This document shows positions 1 to 13,779 of a stretch of 64,000 bases of DNA, in pieces. How positions within the stretch are numbered: the stretch's first letter is position 1; each line of letters starts with the position of its first letter. The stretch is from Marsupella aquatica (lineage: Eukaryota; Plantae; Marchantiophyta), in assembly GCA_973895155.1 (NCBI GenBank), contig OZ316891.1, positions 3,733,801 through 3,797,800 on the forward strand. Reading direction: 5' to 3'. The position numbers and the translations under genes are program-made. The notes under the pieces are model-generated. The model made no database searches. It was not told the origin of the DNA and saw nothing but the letters and a program-made list of their open reading frames with translations.

Positions 1-3000
1 GACCAGCTTGGAGTACACACCACTGGCTCTTTCTCTTCTTCTTCTCCTTCTGTTCCTCCCTCTGTTTCATCGTCTCCAGTCTCCGACATTGCCTTGCAAT
101 AGTGATTTCACACGGAAGTATCTCCCGTGAAGCTGGGGGCTTTATTGCATCTGACGGGATGTATGTTATACAGCACTCACAAAAGCAAGGGCACTAAAAT
201 GCACCATTGCACCTCAACCAGACACTTCTCAATTTAAGAGAGTTTTTGTATCTGGCACATGATACATATAGAAGATGTTGGTGAGCATATTAATATAGAG
301 ACAACATTTAATGTAGGCATGCTGAATTTGTCTCTGATGATTAAGTACATGTTCATTTATGAGCAACTTACAAGAAAATGCCACAAGCACTAAGTTGCTC
401 ACATTCCATACCACAATTCAACTCAAGGCCAAGTTAAGCTACTTAGATATGCTTGCACCTAGCACTTAGTATGGCACATGTAACAGCCATGGTAGGTATT
501 CAATGGAGCTTGGTTGTACCGAGTGTGAGCTTTGTGATTTGCTTAGGGAAACAGTTGCAACCTTAATATCCTCATAATTTTCTGGCCCAGTAATTGATGG
601 AATTTCCCAAGACAAAAATGGGTTGATCTGAATGTGTTTTTCCCCTAAGCCCACACTTGGTGTAATCGAATTTCACAGAGAGACTACAAGACAAGCTTGA
701 TTGGGAAGTAACTTACTATGTTGGTCTGTTTAGCAAATTAATATATTTTGAGTCTAGCTTGCATTGATTTTCCTATTTATGTGCAATCAAACTCTTGTGG
801 TAAGGCATCAAAGAATCTAGTTCATGCTCCATTGCACTTATCTAGCAGCTGTCCCTGCTAACCCTAATTTCAGTCAATGCCATTGAGATTCAATTAAAAA
901 GGCAAATAAAGAGGAGAGCTCACTTATGATTGGTTGATAGCTAAAAGTGCTCTCTTTGCCATGAGTTCATGGTGATTAGTTGTTATATGTCATGTCTTGA
1001 CAGGCATGCACTGTCTAGAGCTTAAAGATACAAAATGAGACTTTGAATGAGTGTTTTTTACTGCTGAAGTGTGATGCAAATATGTGACATGATATTGTGG
1101 GACTCGATCTGGAGAAATGCTAGCCTTATTTTACTGCTGAAGTGTGATGCAAATATGTGACATGATATTGTGGGACTCGATCTGGAGAAATGCTAGCCTT
1201 ATTAGTCAGATGACGTAAGGTACTCAAGTTTAGACCATCATTGATTTAATTTCCATGGTTTTCAAATGAATGACTTACAAAACAAACCAGCTCCTCTAAG
1301 TTGAGTTTCATCTAGTCATTTTTTTTGTTGGCAAAATTACCTCCTAGCTAAGAATGCACATTCTCAGTTTGAAAAACAATGATAATATGGTGACCCAAAT
1401 TTGAAGATTGGCTATATTGTGTAAAGAGTGGGTATGATAGTTAGTCGGAGAGATGATGAATATCAAGGGAGTTATCAGCCTGACTACTACTCATCATTGC
1501 CATAGCTGAATTGTCTTTGGAGACAATAGAGAAGGCAAAACATCACGTTCCTCCATTAGGTCAAAGGCTTGAGTCAGGTCATGCTTTGATTTTTAACTTT
1601 CAAGAGTACGTAGCTCCCCACAAAATGGCCAGAAATAATACTATTGCCACTACTATTTTGGCCCGATCAATGGAATACAAATGGAGCTGCCTACTCACTT
1701 GATGATCACCCTGAATTGGACAAGCCCTGATCCCACTTGTGCCTTAGTTTAATCCATGAGCATCAGATTGATCAGCAACCACTCATTTGTAGTGATTTAA
1801 GCGCGCTGTTCTCGCTGAGGTAAGCAAATGATGATTTAGTCTCTCCGTATATAACATAATTATATAGCAGGCGAGTTTTATACTGCTACATGTGTTTGAC
1901 TTTAAAATTATTTAACATAGATTTGTTTCATTTGGCTAAGATTGCAAATCACTTTCAACTTCAATTGCTTCGATTTAGTTTGTATAGAACCAGCATAGTG
2001 GTTTGTATAGGACCAGCATTATATCCAAGTGCCATACCCAACAAAATGGGGAACCAGCATAGTGGTTTGTATAGGACCAGCATTATATCCAAGTGCCATA
2101 CCCAACAAAATGGGGACTCGGCGACTTCACAAAAGCTATGGAAAAGAGGGGCAATAGGAGCATTTAATATTTTTCTGTTTGAATTGGTCCCATTTGTGCT
2201 GAAGGGAGCCACAAATCTCCTGCAGATGAACTAATTCCTCTCCGTAGCAAATGTTGTCCTGCATGTTGTTGAATTTGAGTCCAATCGTAAATATCAAGAA
2301 GACAACAGAGTAGGATTTCCTTTTGTACTTTGTTATGTCCACAAAGAAGCCTCTGCTTAGCAAAACCTTTGTAGAGTCATATTATGATTATTTAGATATT
2401 TAGATCTATGTGCGGTCAGATATAGACCATAGATCTTGGTAAAGCATCTTTGTATCATGTGCAAGCCATTGCAAAGGTGCAAAATTCACATAGAAATGAA
2501 ACACTGCAACAGAGGCCAGAATGGAGGTGAAGGACCAATTTACTGAACAAAGGCCGAACAAAGTACAAATGGAGTAAACCCCCAAAAACCTAGAAAGATA
2601 ATTTATATGAGTTAATGATCTACAACAGTGAAACAGTCTTGACTCTGATCTACTCTGATTGAATCAAGGCATCAAAACTCCAAAAATGGGTCAGACACAA
2701 TTGAAGGTGGCATTGAAATGTCCTTCGAATGGCAAATTTGCAGTCAAGAAATTTGTCATCCAAGATAAACCTGACATTCAAAAATTGGCTCAGATTCAAT
2801 GAAAATTCAGGCCAAATCCTACCGTGAACGTCTCAGTCACAGCTGAAAGGTCATCAAGACTGTCCTCCATGAATTTGGACATGAACTCGGATCATCGATG
2901 AACCTTCGTCAATCTCCGGCAGCTCACGTTTTGTGGAACCGAAAAGTAGTTCGTACCCACGTCAAGAAAGAAAGGATTTGGATTAAGGAGAAAAGGGACA

Positions 3001-3244
3001 GCGATGTCTTTACGCAGTGCTGCATGAAAACCGTAATGCAATTCACGGCATTCGACCCACCTTCTTTCTTGATACATATACCCAATTTCACAAAAATCTG
3101 TCCCTTGAAACAATATCTTGCAGAGGCCGAGAAGAAGTCCATGGCGCAAAAGTATCCCAAGACACCGAGAAGCTGCAGCTGAGATGGTCTCCGCTCCCTC
3201 CTCGCTCATAAGAGTCTGTGGCGATTTGTTTCCAAATCAGAAGC

Positions 3245-4281
3245 TCAGTACGAGATTGGCTTGACCGACTCCTCCAACATCCACCAGCCCGATCTGGGTT
3301 GCACTTTTGTCAAAGCTGTCCCAGTGCCGATCGCTGTGGCAGTCATCCCGACACAGCCCGCGACCATGACAGTCTGATGCTCGAATCCAGTATGCAGGTC
3401 TTGCACAGCAATGGGAACGGACACCAAACCTTTGGAATGCTGGTAGGGCATATTATGGGATAAGCAATCCCGTCCAAGATCAGTCTTTTTCGGTCAGCCA
3501 ACGGGGTCGACGTAAGTTTGGATAGATTCTCGTCTGAGAAGCCCAAAATTCGAGAGCCTTTCTCAGACCAGAAGCAGAACGCTGTCACCCAACCGGACAA
3601 TGCCCTTGTATCGCCGGATCCATCTGAACCACTAGAGTGACAGGCTCGAAGCCAGAAATCTTTGACTGCCGATCTGAACCCTTTGCAGAAGTTTTTCCCA
3701 GTCCGACCTCTCACCCAAAAGAACTACGGATGGGAAGCCACAGCCACCAACTGCATCATAATCGAAGTAGCTCTGCATTGTACCCATCATCACAATTGCT
3801 GCGACTGATTTGTCATTGTCAGTTGTAGTGGTGAAGTTCGGGAATGATCCAGTGTCTGAGCTTGTTGTCCACAACATTCTCTTGAATCAAATGAGTTATC
3901 TCCTGCGCAACCTTGCCCATGATGTCGACAGGAGCTTCTTTCTGCCTTCATGGGCCACGAAGTGTGCACGGAGACGCTCAGCGTCACCGTTGACGAACAT
4001 ACTGAACTGCGTGAGAATGAAATCCAGATGTCATCCGGTCGCAAGGCAAGATGTAGATCTTGCTCGAATGCCCGAATGATGCAATTGACCAGGCCATTCC
4101 TAAATGGAATGATCGTGGAACTCTGATCAAGGTCGCCAAACGAGGATTGCATGATATGTCGCTTCCCATGTCTACGAGGCCATTCTCGATGTATCGCGTC
4201 CAGCAGCTGCTCTGCTGAATTAACTGTACAGTTGGTGTTGCGACCCACAACCTCAGGCGACGGCTTGATAATTACCGGCAT
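3245..4281 (-). pseudogene. DUF4419-family gene, fungal type, frameshifted pseudogene
   Basis: Colinear DUF4419 motifs across at least four frames: MPVIIKPSP...QSSF...NGLVNCIIRAFEQDLHLALRPDDIW; FTTTTDNDKSVAAIVMMGTMQSYFDY...GCGFPSVVLLGERSDWEKLL; FWLRACHSSG...LSGWVTAFCFW; GLVSVPI...VMVAGCVGM...VQPRSGWWML. No introns seen. ATG at 4281, stop at 3245. Confidence 0.8.
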
Positions 4282-4782
4282 CTTTGTGGCAAAAGAGGAG
4301 ACGAGGAACCAATCCCGAACAACCAAAATCAATCAATGAAAATCAAAACCGCTTCAAAGATCAAGAGTGATAGTCGGAAGGTTTCAGATTGCTATCCTAC
4401 AAAGACCAAAGTGGAAGTAGTGTTGGCCGTGAGCTCGATCTTTATCCCTCGATCAGAATGAAGCCAAATAGCAGCATCAAAATTCACCGGTGCGGATGCT
4501 CGAAGACTACTCCACTAACGATGGGGACAAGTCTATATGAAGGGAACCCAGAGCAGCGAAATAAGAAGCCCCTGAATTGAATAAGACAAAAGCTAAATCT
4601 AATGATGGACAGAAAATACTCAACTCTAAAAGGTACAGAAAGCGTAACTACCATCGCTCACTCACAGAATCGTTGTGCTGGTGGTGTGTCCTCTTACAAC
4701 ACAGTGCAGTACTGGGAGTGACCTTCACGCTGGCAAGCTTGCGTGGGTACAATGTCAGCGTGACTGAGTGACGCCCACTCTT

Positions 4783-5083
4783 GTCGTACTACTTTCTTAC
4801 TCTTTCGGAGTGACTATCACGCAGGTATGCGTTCATTGGGATCCCTCACCCAGTTTCGTGAATTTTAGAAGGCTAAGTTTGAGAAAAACTGGGCTGAGAC
4901 AGACCACCATTATGACTGTTGGTGACACAATAAACGTCGTACTACTTTTCTTACTCTTTCGGAGTGACTATCACGCCGGCACGCGTTCGTGGCGATCCTC
5001 ACCCAGTTTTGTGAATTTTAGAAAGCTAAGTTTGAGGAAGCTGGGCTGAGTAGACCACAATCATGAATTTTGGCGACACAGTA
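4783..5083. repeat. Two tandem ~153-bp copies, each with an imperfect hairpin
   Basis: GTCGTACTACTTTTCTTACTCTTTCGGAGTGACTATCACGC...CTCACCCAGTTT...CTGGGCTGAG occurs twice. Confidence 0.85.
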
Positions 5084-6431
5084 ACCAAGTAATCGTTTCG
5101 TCCGTCAGTCCGTCCGGAGGTACGGTCCTTGCTATCCACGGAAACAATTCTCACATTGCAGATTTCAACTCTGTCGCTGTCCACATGTGATGGCCCGGAG
5201 CAAAGAAATCTTGCCTTCCACAGCTTGAAGATAATTTACGTCTTCAATGAAAGAAGCCAGAATTGCAGCTAATGTACTGCTTGGCGAAGGAACGACTGGA
5301 ACTGAACTTCAAAATAAATCAATTATCCAGCCTCCTTTACATGTTGATGTTGTAGAAAGCGTAACACGACCATCAACACGTCTAGTCTAACATACTGTGT
5401 AAGCAGCTTGGTTGCCCTCAGAGATTTCACAAGAAGAATGGTAGTAAAGTAAAACCAGACTGTCATACAAGGTCACCCAGCTTTCCAGGAAGTCTTACTC
5501 TGTCCATAATCCGTGATCCAGTATGGCCAAAAGTCCCCACCCCCAGTGAATCTAGATTCAACTCATAAATTATCCATATATAGAGGATGAATTGAAAACC
5601 AATTTGGCCCTCAAGAATTAAGCCTAGTTTTCCTATAGTTATACCCTAAGCTAATTCATGCCCCAAGAGCGATACGTTCGTGATTGTGACAATTTCTCTA
5701 GGCCAGAGTGATGAGGCCGGGTGTTGATGTTCCGCAATAGTGAGAGAGGAGTGAGATTTTCACGACCTAGCTTCCGACTGGTACCTGCTAGATTTGACTT
5801 AGATCTTGTACGAGTGGTAGTATCCCCACTCACACGGAGAGAATAAATTGATGGAAGGAAGCCACTTTCACACACCAAAGCGAAGACAACTGTGGGTGTT
5901 GGCGCAAAAACGATTCCTGTTCCCTTTATCTTTGAGCCTGTCTGTCGAGTCGATCGGTCTTAGCAGGTAATGCGGTTCTCGTGACTTTGCTTTCACCTTG
6001 CGCATTGAGAGTTAGTCATCTTTTGGAATCTTCTGTCTCTCGAGGTTTCCTGGCTGTAAACTCTGTCTGTCCCAACATTTCTTGAATTTCCATGAAGTGG
6101 CCTGATGTGTCTGTATTCTTCAAATTTGCTCGAGAACTTCTAGTCTGCGAAACTGGCTTCCGTTAAAAGTCTTCTTTCAGGTCAATTGTCTTAAACGAAT
6201 TGCTATAAGAAATTGATAGCGTTGTCTAATTACATATAGGAACGAAGCACAACGGGAGCATCCATGGGTACCAGAGATAATTTAGTTTCTTACCATTATC
6301 GAATGTATGTTTCTTACCATTATCGAATGGAACATACATGATACATTCTTCACTGTAACTGTGGTATCTAACTGACGTTGTTTCACTGTAAAGCAGAGTG
6401 TAGCGATTTCGTTACAGCCTCGGAGCTTACA

Positions 6432-6617
6432 ATGTCGTCAAAGACCACGTACATGGATACTAAGGCGGCAGCCCGGATTCAGTCCGCAGAGGCAAGAGCC
6501 AATGGTGGAAAAGTCGCCAAAGGTGATTTCGCTTCGCGAGCGCAGGCTGCTGCTGCTAAAAACGCACATACCGGAAAGACCGGCGGAAATGCTGGTTCTG
6601 GCACGGCTAAAAAGTAA
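6432..6617 (+). CDS. 61-aa SMP/LEA-like hydrophilic microprotein (AAARIQSAEA...FASRAQAAAAKN type)
   Basis: Intact ORF MSSKTTYMDTKAAARIQSAEARANGGKVAKGDFASRAQAAAAKN..., good start context (ACAATGT), single SMP-like motif of the kind known from small fungal/invertebrate/bacterial proteins. Confidence 0.7.
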   Translation: MSSKTTYMDTKAAARIQSAEARANGGKVAKGDFASRAQAAAAKNAHTGKTGGNAGSGTAKK

Positions 6618-7390
6618 ATCGAAGGTCATGTCCTTCGAGCGGGCACTCGAGCTTGTATCGATCTGAATCTTCGACGCCCAATGAAGTCTGCGGCAAGCTG
6701 TAGTGATGTTGTGACGGCAATGTAATAGTTGACGATGTAGGATGGCAAAGCCATGCCAACATCGTACAGGATGTTCTCTTTGGATCTTGAAGATCTGGCT
6801 TTGTTGGAATAATTGGATTACAATCCCAGTTATTCATTAGTGATGCTACATTGTATATTTTTATATAAAGTTGCTTGCTGCACTCCGGCATTGAAATACA
6901 ATCTCTCTTTGGATTCGTAGCATTTACTTTGTTGAATGAAGGACTCGATTTTCACGTTTAGCTCTCTCGGCCCTGTGTCCATTAATTTTCTGCCATGGAT
7001 CTTAGAAAGAGTCACAAATGAGTCATCAACTACAGATTGGAAACCTCTTGGATTGCACAACAGTTTTGGAGACGTTTGATAGACCACACGGTCAAGATAG
7101 GCCAATAGGTTCAGTGCTTCATTGGTTTAGTGCTTCACAGAGTGCTCGAACTCCCTTCTGAACGAAGTTGAACACAGCCTCCCCAGTAACTTGCTGATCT
7201 CGTGAGGTGCTCGTGTTGTTGAACACCCAATTTACAGATATGTGGATGTAATGAGAAACGAAATCCCTTGATTCATGAGTGCCAGTAAGGTGGAATGGAA
7301 TGTGACATCCTTCATGTTTGATCCCTAAACTCACAGTCCTTACATGAATGACCGGTAACATCTTGAAGTTTGATTTCTGAATTTGCAGGG

Positions 7391-7570
7391 CTATCCTTTT
7401 CCTATTTGGCTTCCCAGAACTGCACTGTTCAGAGCAGTAATGTACAAAGAACCCTTTCCTATTTGGTTTCCCAGAACTGCACTATTCAGAGCAGCAATAT
7501 ACAAAGAATCCTTTCCTATTTGGTTTCCCAGAACTGCACTGTAGCTGTTCAGAGCAGCAATATACAAAGA
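7391..7570. repeat. ~57-bp tandem repeat, three copies
   Basis: TTTCCTATTTGG(C/T)TTCCCAGAACTGCACT...TTCAGAGCAG(T/C)AAT(G/A)TACAAAGA repeated three times. Confidence 0.85.
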
Positions 7571-10420
7571 TGTTGGCCAACCCACTTTTCAATGTTTTGT
7601 CTTACTTTGCTCTTGGCACCCGTAGTGCGATACACAAGGTGCAGCAAGTAGAGCCAGTAGTGCTTTCTAACAACCCAGATGGACCTTGATCAAACATCTA
7701 TTTTAACTAAGATGATATTTCATAAATCTCCATCTGAAGGACACAAGAGGGACACAAGGTTCAGCAGGTATTCTGTCCAGTAGAGCCAGTAGTTGTATCT
7801 AGTAGAGCCAGTAGTCGATCCAAGTTTCTTCTTTCTGTCCAGTAGAGCCGGTAGTTTTATCCATGTCTGTTTCCCAGTTTTGAGAAGGGGCTTAAACTAA
7901 GGCAAGTTCATGAAATAGTCAGCTTATCCCTTTGGCAATAGTTTTGTCCAGTATAGCCTGTAGTCTATCCATGTCTGTTTCCGAGTTTTGAGAAGGGGCT
8001 TAAACTAAGGCAAGGTCATGCAATATTGAGGTGATCCTTTTGGCAAATCAGCTTGGCGTGGCCATGGATGATTTGCAGGAAGATTTAGAGGTGATAGTTT
8101 TGAATTCAGTTTTGAATGGATGATTTTGGAGATTTAGAGGGGATAATTTTGAATTCTTTAAGAATGAAGGTTACATGGATAATTTTCAGGGAGATTTAGA
8201 GGCGATAGTTTTAAATTCAGTTTTGAATTCTTTAAGAATGAAGGTTCATCCCCTGGGTCAATTATATCAGTGCTTTACTTTTGGGAGTGTAAAGTCCAAG
8301 ATGGACTTGAGGTTCATTCCCTCCGTTCACCCAATTCCTTCAGTCCCGGTACAGTAATAGATGTAGATCTAGGTGTGAGGTCATTCTCTAGAGGTCTTTC
8401 AGCCACACTACAATGATAGATTCAGACCTAGTTATATGAGGTCGGAAAGCACCAATGTCTTGTACTGTGATAGATTCAAATCGAGTTCTGCGAGGTTGGA
8501 AAGCACCAATGTATCTACCTTAGTGCAATACCTTACAATATGTCTGCCCTCTCAACACCAAAACATCGAAGTCGGTTGCTTCATACTAGAGGCAAGGCAA
8601 GCCTCCAATGGCATTTAGTACACTCTTTGCTCTTGGGAAGAATTATAGTTCTTAGTCATATGCGCCTGTGTTAGCAAACCTTAGAAGTCTTGGGAAAAAT
8701 TCTAGCTCGTAAAACAAGCACCTCTGTTAGCTATTCAAATACACGATCTACCTAGAAAGTGCCCAAGCGGTTGCCACTGCTTAGAGATTTCAGTGCTTGT
8801 TGAGAAACCTCTATAAAAGAGAATTTTCAGTACTTGTTGAGAACCTCTAAAGCGAACTCAGAAGTACAGTAAAGAGGTCCATCCAGTCGTCCTTCAATCG
8901 AAAGTACAAGCTAAGAAGTAGACTGTAAAGTACTATCTTCGCAGCTGAAGCGAATGTTCCACTTGTAACTCAGGGGAAGGGAAGGTAAATGAGGTGCAAG
9001 GACCGACTTCAATTAGAGGCATAATCTTGCGGGCATCCTAAGACAACTACTTTAACGAGAAACCTTTACTTTTACATCAAGTCCCCAGCATCACATGCTT
9101 GAACAGCTATCCAAAAATCACATGCGTGGATAACTTTCCATACATCACCTCCATGGAACTTTCCAAAAATCATAAGCTTAGACAGCTTTTCAAAGAATAT
9201 CCTGTACACGCATTAGACGCGGGGCGCCTTCTTGGATTTACTTTCAACTATTTTGTTTTCTACTACCTCCTCAAACCTGTGAACTGAAGGTGGAATGTCA
9301 TAGTCTTGCAACATCGACGTTTAACCTTAAGACGTCCCCTCAATTCTGATACCCTTTAATTTAAGTGGGTCAACCTTCACGACGGTATTGAGACCTTCAA
9401 GTTTCTCGAACACATCTGCCATTTCGGAGTGGCGAATTACTACTGACGGACTCAGTTCTGCCAAAACATAAACTCTGCCTTCACTGATGCTGAACGGAAA
9501 AATGTGAAAAAAGGAAACTCGGAATCTTAAAGTTCAACCTTTAATAAGGTAAGAAACATAGCCTACCACAGGCAAGGAACATGTTTGAAGCCGAAATTGC
9601 AGGGAATTCATACCCTGTAGGGGAATTTCCGCATTGCCTACCCAGGGCAATCCCCCAAGAAATCGATTCGATCTACACGAGAACAAGGGCCATTGAGCGC
9701 CATACATATCACCTGTACGTGCTTTTTGAACTCATGAAGTCCAAAATGTAAATTCGAATGTACTAAATGGCATGAATCACGCAGGCTCAGCATCAACAGT
9801 AAACGTCCGAGTAATAAGTAATGCGTAAATTCCAACATTAAGTTAGCGCTGTCAACTCCAAAGCTGCTTTGACCTAATTCACTTTCCAGTTGCTGCATGG
9901 TTCAGTTTAATAACGGCTGTCACTCGAAGAGAACATAACGCGACATATCACACAACATGGGAAAGTCCACAACAGATGGCAGGTACCGGCGAGGGAGCCA
10001 GGGAGCTTTTCACAAGGGAGTAACAGAAGAAACCATGAACCTGACCTTCCCAAAAAGCGCAAATAAGAGCAAAACTCATAGACAAGCTGAACGCAATAGC
10101 AATTACTCGATACGTCACCCTAGCAGTCAAGACTCATTAGTCAGTCATTGTGAAGGTCTTCCGAATAAGACGGTAATCAAAATTGTCAACCAGACATATA
10201 TGAGTGATTCGATGGACATCAGAGTGGCCAATCCATTTCAAATAAGTGTTCCAATGTAGCTTTACTACGCGCATCAGAAAAATAAGTGAGTAGTTCTGTG
10301 GAGCTCCCGTACAACCGCAGCAGCATCTCTTGTCCCCGTCTATGTGAGAACAGGTGCCGATTGCTAAACACACGGATATGGCTGACAGAGCCGGTGCTTT
10401 ATGACCTAGCAGAGGGCTGT

Positions 10421-11583
<1,163 letters not shown>

Positions 11584-11792
11584 GATTGCGTAGTTTCGGA
11601 GCGTCACAGTGCGGAGTCCGAGCTTTTCCCCGAGTACACAGCGGCGGAGCGATGGAGCGGCGGAGCGATGGCGCGACGTCGAACAAAGCTTGCGCTTCGA
11701 GGGCGAAGGAGCAAAAGGAAGACGTCGGCGGAGGGTTTTGCGATCTAATGGCTTCCGTTTCCTCAGGATTGCTCGAGACGACGAATAAGGTT

Positions 11793-11834
11793 TTAGGGTT
11801 CCGGATTCACCTGCGACACTCATAGGTTAGGGTT
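11793..11834 (-). promoter_or_regulatory. Two telo-box-like motifs (AACCCTAA) upstream of RPS18
   Basis: TTAGGGTT at about 11793 and 11827. Telo-boxes are typical of plant ribosomal-protein promoters. Confidence 0.5.
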
Positions 11835-13779
11835 CGAACTCACGTCGGGTCATTCCTGCACCGGGCTGTACAGTAGGAGGCTTGCAATGTCCTTGACCCG
11901 CGTGGGTTAGAGTTCGAGTTCAAACTCACGTTGAGACATATTCTAGCTTTTGTTTCTTCTAATCGAAACAAAAGCTCATGACCCACCTATTAAGGCCGCT
12001 ATTAATATTAAGCCCGCTATGGGTTGGGTTGTAACTTGTTGCTATCATTAAAAAGTATGTTTTTCCTGAAACGAGGAGCACCAACTACCTGTTCTTTGAA
12101 CTTGAATAGAGGTGAGTACAATAAAATGTAGACAAAATACATTCACTAGTGTAATAAAAATAATGTATCAAAACAAAAAAGGAACCCCACTTGAGAGATT
12201 TCTCCATCAAGAGGAAAGTCCAGCATACAAAGTTTCATGGTCAAAAATTTTGGAGAAGGATCAGGAACCAAAAAATTAAACCAAATTGCAGTGTAATTAA
12301 CCAAACACTTACAGTTTCTTTTATGCAGAGATTCACATTTCCTTTAGGTTGTACTCTTGCTATTTTCCATTACTTCTTTTGATCATTTGTAAGAAAAGAA
12401 ATTAGTATTTTGCTTGTATTATAAATTCTGTTGTTGCACACATGAGGCATGGTTTAGGTACATCATAAAGCCTTCAAAAACTCATCCCACTCGATCCTCT
12501 TTTTTACTCCCGCCCTAAATTTTGGTTCATGCACCCTTAGATAGATGAAAACAAAAAAAAAACTTTGCCAAAAACATAAGTCTACCGTGTTCCCCATGCA
12601 CATGAATTTTGATGGGGCCCTATCATTCTCTCCATGCACAGACATTTTGCTGGGGCCCTAGAGTCACGGTGTAGGACTTAACCCTAGAAGCCTAGACCCC
12701 AACTCTAGCTTTGCTTCGCACTTTATAAGTCAGATTGTGAGCAAACTGCCAAGGTAAAGGAGAAAAATCAAAGGAATCTGGAAGAAGGAGTAGGTATTGG
12801 ACACTTTCCATTGTACATGGTTGTTTAATGGGGAGCCATAGACGGGGCCATAGACAGTACTTTATCCAGTGACAGTAAATTTTACTATTTAGATTGCCAA
12901 ATTATCACCCCAGTTCGTGCAGTATCAAATGTTTCTATTTGGAAATTACTCAACACCAAATAATTACTTTTTTAAGAAGTGTACAATGGCAAGTTAGTGT
13001 CTACATCAAAATGCTCTGAATATTCTTAGAATTTGCATCACAAATGTTTTCAAGTTGTCACATGCACTCTAAAATATTTTGTCCTCAAATCTAATTTTAG
13101 TAATTAATTTTATTTGCGCAAACCAAGAGGGCAGATTCATATGCTTGTGAATAGGGATGGGCATAGCATGGGAGTTTGGGTACAAGCAGCCCTTGCATGC
13201 ACATGGTTATTTGGGGTAGTTTCCTGGGTGGTTTGTACTAGAACTTGGTATCAAAATTCACCATTAATGACCTACTTAGTATAAGAGTGAAGTTGTACAT
13301 ACTAATCCTTTATATCTCCAGTCATAGCTCGAGTAATCATACTTACAGCATCGCCAACGGTGATCCCTTTTAGGCCTGTAACCGCCACTTTTGGTGCTTT
13401 GCCAAACCTTTTCCTGGTGAGCACCCCTTGCACTACCTCCATCCAACAGTTTTTTAGGGCGACCGCAATGAAATTAACCTTGCAACCTCCACTTGTTTGC
13501 AGAAAGATGGTTGCGGCATAGCGCCCCGCCCGCCACCCACCCCGCTCACCCACAAATTGATCAACAATGGTCAAGACTAGCACGCGGCAGCATCAAGCGA
13601 ACCCTTGACATTCCCCCAGAAAACTTGCCTTACCCCAAAGCATTTGCAAATCCATGCCCATGTGTGTGAATAGTGCAACTTGTACCCACCTTGTGGCCCA
13701 TGTGTGTGTGTGTATGTGTGTGTGTGTGAACAGTGGAGCTTGTACATGAAGTTCAATACAAGAATCACAATGGCAACAA

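Larger units (their letters stand above)
5821..7600. repeat. Segmental duplication, copy 1 (uninterrupted); copy 2 spans about 35611-44840
   Basis: TATCCCCACTCACACGGAGAGAATAAAT starts both 5821 and 35611. Similarity continues through the SMP-like ORF and resumes after each TE insertion in copy 2 (e.g. GGCAAAGCCATGCC, CATTGAAATACAATCTCTC, AACTCCCTTCTGAAC). Confidence 0.85.

Noticed and set aside
1-89. Minus-strand acidic ORF start (MSETGDDETEGG...) running off the window edge
   Set aside because: Only about 30 codons are visible and there is no recognisable motif.
1300-2400. Possible LTR-retrotransposon integrase remnant
   Set aside because: Only vague peptide resemblance with many stops; no LTR, PBS or PPT could be confirmed.
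6720-7600. Minus-strand ORF fragments within the duplicated segment
   Set aside because: Coding-like but broken in both copies, and I could not assign a family.
8350-9900. Possible solo LTR (purine run GAAGGTGGAA followed by TG near 9286-9297)
   Set aside because: No matching CA end, second LTR or TSD found.
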